Source of the DNA: Eledone cirrhosa
Taxonomy: Eukaryota
NCBI GenBank assembly: GCA_964016885.1
Contig: OZ024746.1
Coordinates: 74,958,001-75,022,000 of the forward strand
Reading direction: 5' to 3'
Length of the DNA: 64,000 nt
Part shown: positions 13,317 to 26,389 of the stretch, in pieces
Position numbering within the stretch: the stretch's first letter is position 1
Layout of the letters: every line of letters begins with the position of its first letter
The notes under the pieces: model-generated
Database searches by the model: none
The model's input: the letters and a program-made list of their open reading frames with translations, nothing else
Told to the model about the DNA's origin: nothing
Translations under genes and position numbers: made by a program

Positions 13317-15111
13317 CATCACTTTGGGGGGAGATATTTTCATGTAATCATTTAGTACAATGATGTAATTGTACAGAGGTCACCTTCTCCCCTTTTTTTC
13401 ACAAGACAGATTCAGAAAATTGTTTGGCCTAAAACCTACATGCACACACATACGCATACAGTATGGATGACTCATTCTGCTACAATTTTTTCTGATTGTC
13501 ACACCATGGCCATTGTAGAATGAATGTCTCCATTCTTGTGTTTATCATGAACAAAAAACACTACATCTCACCATTTCAAAACTTTACACTGTTATTAGTT
13601 TTAATGTTTTGACTTTATATTTCTTAACACTTATTAGCTAGCCTTCTGGGTAGTTTCATTTGATTACACGTCAATACAACAACACAACAATCATTTTAAC
13701 ACCATTTTCCCTCCAGAAGCAATGGTTAGCCTTACAGGTCTCATAATAGACTTCATGCATGGTGTCCTTTTTGATGCAATGCTTTAAGACTGGATGCTCT
13801 TTCTTTTGCCAACCAATTTAGTCATTTCTTACAATACACAAAGGAATGGTATACCTATTCTAAAGCTGGTACACACAGGGGGTCACAAGATAACAGAGCA
13901 TTAATTCTGTATATTTGTTATAATAGGAACCTGTTCCATTTCATATTTGTTCATTGTTGCTACCTCAAGTATTTGTGTAGTAGAGACTGTGGAGTCAACT
14001 CGAAACATCATATTTATTGTAGCTATAACAATTTATACCTTTGTCTCTGAAATTACTATTTCATTTTCCATCATCATCACCACCATCAAATGCACCTACA
14101 CGACATCTACCATTTCTTTAAGATTTTTTTAGAATCTTCAGTAATTGTTAAAGCAAACTTTTGTAAAAGTAGGATTTGCTTTAAATTTCCATTTCACCAT
14201 TCAGAGTTTGGCAATAAAACTGGGTGACAAAGTAAAATATTACAAATTTTTTTGTAAGAGGTATCTAAAGTAGAAGTCAATGTTGTTGTTGTTGTTTAGT
14301 CCAAATCAGCTTTGATCAAGCAAACCTATGATCAAAGGGATTCCAAGACATAACTTTTCTGACAGAGTACACACATCCTGTCTAAAGTGGTAGTCCATGA
14401 TTTGAGAATGATTTAGCTGCTATGTTTAGCAAGTCACCATATGAATGTGTAGAGACTTCCTTGTTGGTTTTGAAAGAGTAGTAGACAGAACAATTGGTGG
14501 GAGGGTGTTAGGACAGACCTTAAAAGAATACAAGATTGTACTTATGGAGATAACAAGAAAAGTGCAGAAATACTTGTATTCAGATCCATCCACCTGTCCT
14601 CATATTAGAGAGTGAGAGAAAATATGTAGTGAGTTGATGGTAGATGTAGATAAGGAGCTAGGATCTCACTTACTGATGAGATGACAAGAGAACAGTAAAG
14701 ATGCATTGCAGAGATAGGTGATTACAAGTCTATCCACCTGTCCACTTTTGCCAAAATGGAGAACAGATGTTAAGATGATTATAACACCAGTGATGATATT
14801 TAAAATGAAATTCTTTCTGTCATGCCATTTCAGTCGTTTTATCATTATTATTATTATTTTAGTTAATAGTATAAGGGATTGGGAGAGTCATTCAAGCTTC
14901 AGATCAAGTGCTTTGAGGCATTCTGAGTTCAAATCGTGCTGAAGTTAAATTTGCCTTTCATCACTTCGGGATTAATAACATAAAGCATCAATAAATTATT
15001 AGAGTCAATACAATCAATTTCCTATCCCAACAAATTCCTGAGTTTGTGCCAAAATTAGAAATCATTATTATTTTTGTTAATTAATTTTTTTTTTTTTTTT
15101 TTTTTTTGCAG

Positions 15112-15372
15112 ATGGTCGTATTTGGTGCAAATTAATTGTAGATTTAGTATCTGAATCTGCTCTTGTTGCCTCGTTTACATTCCTATCCAGTAAGAGTCAT
15201 TCTCCAAAAGTTTATCATGCTGGAGGTGACAAAGAAAAGGCCTCTCCAACCACACCAATTTCAAGCCTGCCTGCAGTTACTGGTGCTGCTACTATAAAAA
15301 AGGAAGAGACAGAGTGTTCAAAACATGCTATCAATCTACCAGGTTCCAATACAGAAATACCGGTTTTCTCTG
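15112..15372 (+). CDS. ZFPM: Friend of GATA / U-shaped, internal coding exon (end of PR-like domain)
   Basis: Poly-T...GCAG acceptor and G|GTAAGC donor; 261 nt, phase 1-1, open frame (D)GRIWCKLIVDLVSESALVASF...TEIPVFS. Splices in frame to the next exon. Not in the ORF track. Confidence 0.8.
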
Positions 15373-16484
15373 GTAAGCCATCACTTTTATCTTAACCACT
15401 TCTTAATAATTAATTCATTTTTAATTAATTTATTGATGAAATATTGCTGCTTTATAAAAACATTCATTAAATTTTTTATGAATTAACAAAGAATTATTAA
15501 TTAACTGCTAAAATATTAATGTAAATTATATTTGACATAAAAATGATGTGTATTAATTTCAGTCATTATAAGAGCAGCCAGCCCCGATAAGACTTGAAAC
15601 ACGTCTCTGTTGCCTCAAATTGCTGTTTATAATGTCTGAAAAATCATTTACATTAAATGGACATTGAATTTGCTAAATCATTAGAGCATAGGACAAAATA
15701 CAGCAGCTCTCTAAATTCTGGGTTCAAATTTTGCCAGGATCAAATTTGTTTTTAATCCTTCCACAGTCAAGCACTGGGGTTGATTTTATTTCCTTATGTC
15801 CTTCACACACATTCATGACTTGTGTCTGTCTATGCTAGAAATTATTGAGGGTGGTGAGTGCCAAATAGAATACCTTTTGTTATGATTTAGTTATAGTTGT
15901 TTATATTTGGAGTTCAAATCCTGCCTAGGTGAACTTTGTCTTTCATTATTCTGGGGTAGATAAAATAAATTACCAATCAATTACTGGGTCGTCGCTTATG
16001 TTTGTAACTTACTTGTAATTTGTGAAGGCATGTAGTTTTTTGGGTAGAGTGTTGTAATCACAATAAGGAGGTTATGAGTTCAATTACTGAACAGGCAGCA
16101 CATTGTGTCCTTCAGCAAGACACATTATTTTGGGTTATTCCAGTCCACTTTGCCAGAAAAAATAAGTTGCAATGTCACTGATGCCAAACTGTATTAGCCT
16201 TTGCCTTTCCTTTAAGCAACACTGGTGCATGGATAGGGGAGACTGACATGCTTGGGCAATTGCTGGTCTTCCACAAAAACACGTTGTCCAAGCATCAAAA
16301 GGAATTTTAGGTTTCACTTGGCTCAGTAAGTTACAGTTCTAGTCTACCCAATATGTGCAATCTGTATAATAAATTTGACTCTATGCATAAAGGACACAGA
16401 TCCTTTCATCAGTAAATGTTTATTGTTATTTATAAAGAATCTTTCATTATTTGAGTAATTTTTATTCTTTTAATCTTATTGCAG

Positions 16485-16697
16485 CCCTTATTTACCAGTG
16501 TCCCTACTGTGGTGTCCGTTTTAGTAAGCCCAGTACTTTAGAAGGTCATCTACTATATTACTGTTCCAAGAAACCTACTCCATCCATCACCACCACTCCC
16601 AACAGCAATGTTTTGCCATCAAATGATGCAGCCAGTGGAAATAGCACATTGCTACCTCACAGTAATGTGAAGAAGAGAGAAAGAAAACCTAGTGCAG
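16485..16697 (+). CDS. ZFPM: Friend of GATA / U-shaped, internal exon with CCHC FOG-type zinc finger
   Basis: TTGCAG acceptor and CAG|GTATGT donor; 213 nt, phase 1-1; encodes CPYCGVRFSKPSTLEGHLLYYC. Confidence 0.92.
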
Positions 16698-17231
16698 GTA
16701 TGTATTTTATTTATCAATTATAGTATTAAAGGGGAAGTGTATGACTTAGTGGTTAAGGTCATGAATTTGATTCCTAGTGGTATGTTATGTACTTCAGCAA
16801 GACACTTTATTTCATGTTGCTCCAGTCCACTTGCCTGGCAAAAATGAGTTGTACCGGCAATTTAAAGGGCCAGCTTTATCACATAATTTGCCACACTGAA
16901 TCTCTCTGGGAACTATATTAAGGGTGTATAAATCAGTAGCGTGTCCAGCCACCAGTACATTAATTTTATGAGCAAGCTGTTTCATTATTTAAACAGCTAG
17001 TGTCAGATTCAACAGAGATCCTACAATGTAGTGTTTCATTTAACAGGGCTGCTGGAATGTAGTTGTTTATACTAACACTACGACTTGCCCAGATCTGTAT
17101 TTTGGTTTGGTGATACTGATTAGAATTTAAGAACATGAAAAAATTTAATCTAATAACAAAGATAAAAATGAAATAATTAAAATTCTATTATTCGTCAATC
17201 TAATGTTATTTATTTTAATTGTTTTTTACAG

Positions 17232-20224
17232 GTTCTGATGAAGAAGGCTCAAAAAAGATCCGCTTGGATTCTGATCATTTGGTATCTGAAGCTGAAGAAT
17301 CTGACACCTGTACAGAATCTGGCTCTCCTCTTCCAAAACCTATTAAAGTTGGTCAGCTTTATCAGTGTCCATGCTGTTCATATTCAGCTGAAAAATTATC
17401 TGGGTTAAACCGACACAGAAGAATACATAACAGGTCAGCAAAAGAGTCTGAAGAAAGCCCACAAAATAAACCAATTCTGAAATCTGAAACATTCTGTAAA
17501 GAATGTAACATTCAATTCAGTTCTGTAAATACATTTAGAGGCCACAAGAAATTTTATTGTTCTCGACGGAACAAAGAAACTAGAAAAGTAGAGTCACCAA
17601 ATGTATTAAATAAACCTGAAATTGGATCGCAGAGTCCAGTCAATTCACTGACCCCAGTTACACATCACTTAACAAGTCTTCCTTACCATGTGACAGCGAG
17701 CAACTCTGTTTTGTCAACACAGACGGCAGTTATTGTAGCAGCCCCTATTTTAGCACCAAATGGTATCCCCAGTCTTGCATTCACTGTACCAACAGTAATT
17801 GTGCAACCAGTTGTTTCCTCTGCTAACCTCACCCAGCCTGCACAGGCACACCAAACCATCATTCCCACATCTAATTCAAGCAAAGATCAGCCATTGGACT
17901 TAAGTACTAAGAAGGAGGACACAAAATCAGAAGAGAAAGTTGCGGTTGAACCTCTTTCACCAACAGTCTCAGAGTCTTCAGATACGAGGAACAGGATCAA
18001 AGAAGAATTTGATTCAACTCCTGCTGAGAGGAAATCGGTCTCTGAAAGTTCTTCCTCTTCTTCTGCTTCGTCTTCTTCATCTTCTTCATGTTCTGCCACC
18101 ACTACTACTACAGCTACCACAACTACTACTACTGCAGCTGCTGCTGCTGCTATTGCTGCCACAACCTGGTCTACAACTGAACCTAATGTCCTCAACCAGT
18201 TTTTCAAACAAGCAGCTCAGCAATATCCACACCAAACAGCTTTGATCACATCTCCAAGTGGTCAAACTACAACAGCACATGTTAGCAAGTGCATGGAATG
18301 TAACATTGTCTTCTATAAGCATGAGAATTTTATTGCTCACAAGCAGCATTACTGTGCCAGCAGAAGGGCTGTAAAGACATCACCACAAATATCACCAAAG
18401 CTGTCACCTCGAGAGGTAGCAGAGTCCAATCCTACCAGTGTAGTGCTTGCTAAGAAATCTCCAGAACTCATCAGTAAACCATCCATATCATTGAACAGTG
18501 AAGATAAACATGATCTTCTTAACAACAGCAGTAAACCCCATGTGATGTCTGCTGAGAACCCTGAAAAGAAAGCTAACTTCAGCTACTATTGTGTCCCTTG
18601 TAAAATAAAGTTCAGTTCTGCATCAACCCTTAAAGCCCACAAAGATTATTATTGCCCACATGGTAAAAATAGTGAACAGTCATTAATTTTATGTAAAACT
18701 GATGGTCATTCTGAAAGCAGTTGTAGTGAAGCAGATGACAACTCATTGGAAGATAGTTTTTATACATGTAACCATTGCCACACCTCATACACTTCATCTC
18801 GGTTATTTCGACACCATTACTGTCCTGCTAATATGCAGAATCCCATGGTACGTTGCCCACACTGTGATTATGTTGCTCCAACTCAGAACAAACTTACTGA
18901 GCATATGAAAGCTCATACCTCTTCGCGAGGATATAAATGTTTGTTGTGTGGGTACCGTGGCAATACTGTGAGGGGTATGCGAATGCATGGTAAGACTCAC
19001 ACAGACAATGGGGAGGAGTTTAATGAGAAACATGTTTTGGAAGTTGAAGAACCACCACTTCTGCCAGTTTCTTTCAAAAATGGTACATCTGATGTGTTTG
19101 GCAGTTTAGACATGGAAGCTGAACTGATTCGACTGAAAAATGAACCCTACAAAAGAAGAAGATCTCGAAAATCATACGAACGTATGGACATATCAAACCA
19201 TGAACTTTTGCATGCTTGCAAAATATGTGGTGAGACGTTTAGTGACATGAAAGCTTTCCAGATGCATAATTCTATTCACCGGACTTCTCCTTTAGTTTCT
19301 CATACAATTCCAAGACCAAAATCAGCGAATAACAATAAAGAACTAGGAGATTCTAGTCCAAGCAATAGCCAACTTCACAATATCCACATTGCACCTTGTC
19401 TGGATCAAAATGCTACAACATCGAAAAAGTTCAAATACACAGAAAATGCTGATCCAAACACTCCTTTAAAATGTTTTCCAAAAACATCTGGTGAAATCTC
19501 TCCAACTTTGAGCCAGTCTAGGAAAGCACAGTCTTACAACAGCAGTGCTGTTTCTTTAAAATATGAAGACCGCAAAGATGTAACCCTGAAGAATGCATTA
19601 AACACTTTCCCACCTGCAGCTGCGCAGAATAGTGCAGAGGAAGCCGTCTCAAATGACCACCAAACTAAGACAGCTTCTTCGATTAGCCCCTTAATCCAGG
19701 TAAAGCCTGAACCAATAGATCATGGTTATGATAAAGCCGAGAACAATATGAATGGGCCTCAAAAAAGTAGCAGCCCTTCTTCGTCGGAAGTCGCTAATGT
19801 ATGTGTGAAAATAGAGGCCGAGAAGGAAGAGTGCAGCGACAGGAAAGATGCCAACTTGAACCTATCTTCACCGAAAGAAGAATCTTCCATTCTGCCACAT
19901 TCCAAACTCGAGACCTCCAACCATACACCCAAAACATCCCCCTCTCCACCCCGACCTCCCTCTACTTCCTCTTCTCCCACTGCCGCTTCTTTGTCTTCTG
20001 TATTAGCAACAACATCATCACCTCTCTATGTATATAACAAATCCCAGTACTTGAAAGGGGAGAGAACTGATACCTCCTCTAACCATGTGCCAGAGACACA
20101 TCTCTCCAAATATTGCCAGCAATGTGATATTAGTTTTACTTACTTAGCTACGTTCCTAGCTCACAAAAAACATTATTGTAGTGCCCGATTTCCGACAGAG
20201 CCGAAACCATCTGTGACAGCTTAA
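17232..20224 (+). CDS. ZFPM: Friend of GATA / U-shaped, terminal coding exon
   Basis: TTTTTACAG acceptor, about 997 codons to TAA. CCHC fingers CKEC..HKKFYC, CMEC..HKQHYC, CVPC..HKDYYC, CQQC..HKKHYC and atypical CNHC..HHYC; four C2H2 fingers including CGYRGNTVRGMRMH; PLDLS CtBP motif at 17891-17905; KRRRSRK basic motif. 5' exons and start codon not found in the window. Confidence 0.95.
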
Positions 20225-20842
20225 ATATATGCTTTTTATCTAAGGATTGCTGTGCAATTCCCCCCATCCCAACACTACACACACACACAGACTCACACAC
20301 ACACAAGAACCTCTATAGGAAAAATATAAATATATGTTGAAAAATTTACAATAAATGAAATATAATAATTATAATAATGACAGATAAATAAATTATGAAA
20401 GAGAGAAAAAATTTAAAAAATGAATAAAAATAATAATGTTAATATATATAAAAACCAAATATGAAAATAAATTTTACGATAATGCTAATAATAATGCTAA
20501 TAATAACATTATTAATAACAAGCAAATTTTAAAAAAATCATACTGAGTTTATTGGAAAGACTCGGGAGTAAAATTTGATGTCTATATTGTTTGTTTGATT
20601 CTCTTTTTTTTTTATTGGTCTTTTTTTTTTTCGAGAAAAAAAAAAAAATAAAGGACAGAAAGATTTAAAATTAAAAATATTAATTAACAAAAAAAAAAAA
20701 AATAACACATACAATTACAAACACATTAAAAATAATAAAAACTTTACATAAACAAAAACCAAAAACCAACTGTATCTGAGATATTTTTAATGGGTGTGCA
20801 TGAAGTATATATGTTAGTTGATATTGTTTACAACAATATGAA

Positions 20843-20900
20843 AATAAAGAAAAATATTAAAATGATAAATATTTATGGGTTTGTTTTGTCTTTGGATTTA
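20843..20900 (+). terminator. Candidate polyadenylation signal of the FOG gene
   Basis: AATAAA at 20843 followed about 30 nt later by GT-rich GGGTTTGTTTTGTCTTTGG. Several other AATAAA lie upstream in the A-rich UTR. Confidence 0.4.
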
Positions 20901-20994
20901 TTTTACATTTGTTTATCTTCATCAAGATTTAAATTCCTCTTTTCATCCAGTGCTCCAGATAAACTATACCTTTATCAAATGATAATGATAATAA

Positions 20995-21893
20995 TGTTTC
21001 TACCTTTGGCACAAGGCCAGCAATTACCCAGTACTTTATTTTATTACTGGTACTTTATTTTATCGACCCCGTAAGGATGAAAGCCAAAAATTAACCTCGG
21101 TGGGATTTGAACTCAGAACGTAAAGGGCCATAACTCTATGCTGCAAAGCATGGTTTCTGACGCTCTACCGATACTGCCAAACCCCCATCCTCATAAAGGC
21201 CAGCAATTACCCCCAGTAATTTACTGGTACTTTATTTTATCGACCCCCGTAAGGTTGAAAGGCAAAATTAACCTTGGCAGGATTTGAACTCAGAACGTAT
21301 AGGGCCATAACTCTATGCTGTAAAGCATGGTGTCTGACACTCTACCGATACTGCCAAACCACCACCCTCATAATAAATTGTTTCTACCTTAGGCACAAGG
21401 CCAGCAATTACCCAGTGCATTACTGGTACTTTATTTTATCGACCTCGTAAGGATGAAAGGCAAAGTAAGCCTCGGCGGGATTTGAACTCAGATCATAAAG
21501 GGAGGTAACTCTATGCTTCAAAGCATGGCGCCCAACCCTCTACCGATACTGCCAATTTCTTATATAGGCACAAGGCCAATAATTTGGAGGGAGGGGCAAG
21601 TCGATTAAATCAACCTCAGTACATTACTGGTACTTTATTTTATTGACCCCGTAAGGATGAAAGGCAAAGCTAATCTCAGTGGGATTTGAACTCAGATCAT
21701 AAAGGGGCGTAACTCTATGCTGCAAAGCATGGTGCTCAATGCTCTACCGATACTGCCAATCCACCGCCAATAATAATAATAATAACTGTTTCTACTTTAG
21801 GCACAAGGCCAGCAATTATCCAGTGCATTACTGGTACTTTATTTTATCGACCCCGTAAGGATGAAAGGCAAAGTCAACCTCGGCGGGATTTGA
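20995..21893 (-). mobile_element. Five head-to-tail copies of SINE family 1
   Basis: Copies begin at about 20995, 21195, 21378, 21556 and 21787, several separated by (AAT)n. A-box TGGCAGTATCGGTAGA and B-box GAGTTCAAATCC on the minus strand; central GCCTTTCATCCTTACGGGGTCGATAAA block resembling the Deu/Nin-type SINE domain. Confidence 0.88.
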
Positions 21894-21904
21894 ATAATAA
21901 TAAT

Positions 21905-22150
21905 AATAATAATGAAAATTATGGTGTACAGTGCTCAGGTGCACTACAACTCATCAAAGGTGCATGTATAGTACAAAGAATAATGTACAAATGTCAGGAA
22001 AGTGAACAGCGTATGAGTCATGATATACACGCAGACATATGGAGGTGGAATATCATGTGTAGTGTTGGCAAATTTCAAGAAACATGGAAGTTTTGAAGGA
22101 TGCAGTGTCCCAATAGCTAACAACTGATGCAGGTAGTTTGTTCCATGCTT
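21905..22150 (-). mobile_element. 3' end of a CR1/L2-like LINE
   Basis: Minus-strand AWNKLPASVVS...ASFKTSMF-like ORF end, short UTR and (ATT)n tail. Confidence 0.55.
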
Positions 22151-22667
22151 CATTATCATCATCATCATTTGACTGCAAACTTCCTCCACACAGCAGATTT
22201 TCTAACCTGTTTTGGTTCCATCATTGGGTGATTGGTCTTGGCTGTTAATAGGATATGAGTCCCTAAGCAGAATTTTAAATCAGAATACAAAAAAGAATCT
22301 TTTTCCTTTGTAGCCTGGTTCCAGCATATCCTTATCCACTTGTTTCAACCATTTGTAATCATATCTATGAAGTTCTGTTTGAGATCATCTCCCACCACAT
22401 CTGCTGAGAACTTTCTTGGTCTTCCTCTACTTCAGCTACATTCTACTGGGATCTCTCAGCACTTCTTCATCTATATGCATCACATATCCATATTAGTCGA
22501 ATGTTCTCTTTTGTACACTACATCTGATACCTCTTATGTCCTGTTTTCTCTCTCAGTTTGTCCACAGTTTGCTGTTCATGAACTCTAACATTACATATCC
22601 ATTGGAACACGTTTCACTCATATCACGTTTCCTCTGCACTCACTCCCCATAATATACATATATACAT

Positions 22668-22870
22668 ATATGAAAAGATTCAGGACCCCGATGGCTGAGC
22701 TCCGGCCGTTTCGACAGCTAGATCCGAACAGTTCAAATTTAGCTGTCAAAACGGCCGGAGCTCAGCCGTCGGGGTCCTGAATCTTTTTATATTACCCACT
22801 CTACTACCGCAAGTATCAAGTACTCTGGTGCGTTATGGTCCACCTGGTATTTTACCCCACCTTCTTTGTT
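22668..22870 (+). mobile_element. Family P1 element with fold-back arm
   Basis: Palindrome 22668-22790 plus the tail shared with 10385-10632; (TA)n on both sides. Confidence 0.75.
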
Positions 22871-23314
22871 ATATATATATACATATATATATATATGTAT
22901 AACACAGTAAAGAGAGACGAACACAGATATGTATATATATATATGGGTTCAAATCACAAGAGACGCAAACCGCCAAAGTGAAGAAAATAAAGACAGTACG
23001 GTCCACAGAACTCGATTAAAAGGATAAATTAAGATTTACGAACTGGCTATGATAACTATCAACATCCAGACAGCTTTTGGTAGAACTGTTTTGCAGTTTG
23101 ATTTGAACGCATATATATATAAATATATAGTACGGCAACACTCATCTTTTTCCATTTCTCCGAGGGTTATAAACCCCACTATCAGGCTAGAAATTTCTTT
23201 AGTCTAAAATACGGTGAAAGCTTATAATTTCTAATTTCTAATTTCAAACTCGCGCACCGTTTCAAAAACATACTTACATCTTTACGTTTATAATTTGCTT
23301 GTATATATATATAT

Positions 23315-24345
23315 ATAAATGAAAGGTATAGAAAGTATTGCAGCAAGAAGCCAACAGTATTCCATAATATATAAGTGACTATAGCGTCAAAATGGGAAAA
23401 TAGTTAACGTAAGATGTGGGAAAAATAATTCAAACTCAATTCAAAAAGAATCAGGATATAAATTTATCCAAAAGAATTTAATGAAATCCATGGAAAAATC
23501 AATAGAGTCTTAACTCATGATAAGATAAAGTTTAAAATACTCATCCTTCAATTTGGGACAACTACAAATGCTCTGTATAGTCTTGAAAAAGACTATTTCA
23601 CGAAAACTTTCAGTGGAGATGGTCACGGTTGGAATACGATCATCAGCAGAGCTCAACACGATAGCCAAATTCTCACTGATTAATATGCCAAAAAGGGAAT
23701 TTAAAAGCAGGCTAGTTTAACATCATGCGTGATTATGAAAATAAAACACACATGTGGAAAAACAGGACTGGTGACGTCAGAATGAGACGAATGTTTGTTT
23801 ACATGAAACAACAGTCAAAAACATTCCGAAAAAAACTCTACAATAAGGAGTTCAGCAAAAAGCAATATTATCGCGGTTTTTTTTTTTAAATACCGGGATT
23901 AGTCACAAATAATTTAAGCATTCTAAGAAAGAAATCCGAGTATAAATATATAAATGAAAGGTATAGAAAGTATTGTAGCAAGAAGCCAACAGTATTCCAT
24001 AATATATAATGACTATAGCGTCAAAATGGGAAAATAGTTAACGTAAGATGTGGGAAAAATAATTCAAACTCAATTCAAAAAGAATCAGGATATAAATTTA
24101 TCCAACAGAATTTAGTGAAATCCAGGGAAAAATCAATTGAGCCTTAACTCATGATAAAATAAAGTTTAAAATACTCATCCTTCAATTTGGGACAACTACA
24201 AATGCTCTGTATAGTCTTGAAAAAGAGTATTTCACGAAAACTTTCAGTGGAGATGGTCACGGTTGGAATACGATCATTAGCAGAGCTCAACACGATAGCC
24301 AAATTCTCACTGATTAATATGACAAAAAGGGAATTTAAAAGCAGG

Positions 24346-24348
<3 letters not shown>
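23315..24348 (-). mobile_element. Tandem pseudo-LTR (retrozyme/Penelope-like) unit: two ~400-bp direct repeats with a ~235-bp spacer
   Basis: 23315-23714 and 23950-24348 are near identical, bounded by (TA)n, and each contains a hammerhead fold on the minus strand. Confidence 0.8.
23570..23652 (-). ncRNA. Type I hammerhead ribozyme
   Basis: GCTCTG-CTGATGA-TCG...CGT-GAAA-TAGTCTT TTTC AAGACTA-TA^CAGAGC: 6-bp stem I, canonical core, well-paired stem III, AUA cleavage triplet; stem II is weak. The second copy (24204-24286) has CTAATGA (G5A). Confidence 0.7.
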
Positions 24349-24420
<72 letters not shown>

Positions 24421-24663
24421 AAAATAACAGATTAAAGTTTACTCAAAGAATCGCTGCTTTCACCCTTAACGGGATCTTCTGAAACTAAAAGAAATCAATC
24501 TGTGAACGCAGAAGTAAATATTTTGAAAAACGTTGCAACCGAAGGAAAGCAGGAAGACGATACTTTGGTTCGTGAAGACGTTCCCTGACAATGAACGGAA
24601 AAAAATGTAAATAAATTAGTAGAACGAAAATGACAGAGGTTATTAAAATCATAAAAGTAATAA

Positions 24664-25110
24664 TTGTTTCTACATTTGGCACAAGGCCAGCAATTACTCC
24701 AGTGTATTACTGGTACTTTATTTTATCGACCCCGTAAGGATGAAAGGCAAAGTTAACCTCGGCGGGATTTGAACTCAGTCCGTAAAGGGATACATACACA
24801 CAACTATATACGTACATACATGTGCATACGCAAAAACACCCGCCATGCATGCATAACATGCACGCGCACATAAACACGCGCACGCGGACATAAACCCGTG
24901 CGACACATGTACCCGCACACATACGAACGTATACACCAAATACACATGAAAAACACATAAACAAATATATTAGAGGGTCGGACGCCATGCTTTGCAGTAA
25001 AGAGTTACGGCCCTTTGTGGTCTGAGTTCAAATCCCGCCGAGGTTAACTTTGCCTTTCATCCTTACGGGGTCGATAAAATAAAGTACCAGTAATACACTG
25101 GGATAATTGA
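24664..25110. repeat. Inverted pair of SINE family 1 copies
   Basis: Minus copy 24664-24790 and plus copy about 24972-25110 flank a ~180-bp CA-rich spacer. Confidence 0.75.
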
Positions 25111-25760
25111 TGGAAACACAATTTAGAATCAAAAGGTCTAAGAGCAAACTTAGCCAAAACAAAGTGCTAGTGAGTAAGAGAGGAGATAGGACTTTGATTC
25201 CTTCAGGGAAGTGGCCCTGCTCAATATTTAGAAAAGGAGTAGGCATAAACTCCATCGATCTACACAATGTAAATCTTGGGTACACAAGAGATATAGTGGG
25301 ATAACGAGTAATCTAACAGGAAAGGCAGACTTTGTAGAGGATTCACAGGGGTAACTGAGAAGAAGATAACCTGTCGTGTCGCCATCATGACCACTTTACA
25401 TTGTAGCTGGGAACAATGGTGGGGGAGGTGTAGGAAGATTGGTGAGGTGGGTATATATGCATATATATAATATGGCTTCTCTTTGAAGGAGAAGGGTACA
25501 CTGTATGATGCCTGTGTGCTAACTGATATGCTACATGGCAGTGAGACATGGGCTTTGACTACAGAAGACCAGTGTTGGCATGGACCTGTGTAAGGTGTAA
25601 GGAAGCTGAGAGGTGTATAAAGAAGTGCAGAGACATTTCAGTGGATGAAACTCGTGTGTTATCTAGAACTAGGAAGATATGGGATGAAGTTCAACTTCAT
25701 GACGGAAATTACAAAGGACCACGAAGACTGGTGAGATGAAGTACTTAAGAAAACTCGCCT
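25110..25760 (+). mobile_element. Degenerate RTE-like LINE fragment
   Basis: Peptides NKVLVSKRGD..SGKWPCSI.RKGVGINSI, KGTLYDACVLTDMLHGSETWALT and GPRRL/RKIWDEV tail. Confidence 0.65.
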
Positions 25761-26389
25761 ACCAGCATAAAATATGTGATCTGGCCCATTTATATATATA
25801 GCCTTTGCACTATCGCACCTTAGTTGATATTCTCGCCATCCCCGTATGACCCACCCCACCCCTATTCTATGCAGGATCATCTTACTCCACCTATATCAGG
25901 ACACAGCAGTTTTTCATATCTATGCAGTAACCAACACGCTATCAGAAATCACCCCCTTACACTCATCCCCTTGTCAAAGTCCATTACTTGTCATACACCC
26001 ATGTAATATTTTCTAACCTCTCCTATCTGCCATACTTATCATCCTTCTTTTACCACCCAACCCTTTGCATGGAACTGAGAGGGCTCTTCAATTGAGTTAA
26101 ATATCAACAACACCTACCTAGTGCAGTTATCTCGAAATATGCACTCAGTACACCTTGTAAGGGGGATAGTGATAGGAAGGGCATCCAGTTGTAAAAGCGA
26201 ATACAAAAAAAGTTGAGGGCATTCTTCAATTTTGACAAAACCGTGACTTCTCTAGGATAAACGCACCCAATACATTCTCTAAAGTGATTGGTAAAACGAA
26301 AGCCACCCAGCCGTAGAAAACGCTCCAAAGGGTTTGGAGGACTCTTCAGTTATATCAAAGGTATGACGGCTCTCCTGGTGCTTGTGTCA

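Noticed and set aside
17683-20037. Antisense and alternative-frame ORFs overlapping the large FOG exon
   Set aside because: By-products of the coding strand and its triplet repeats.
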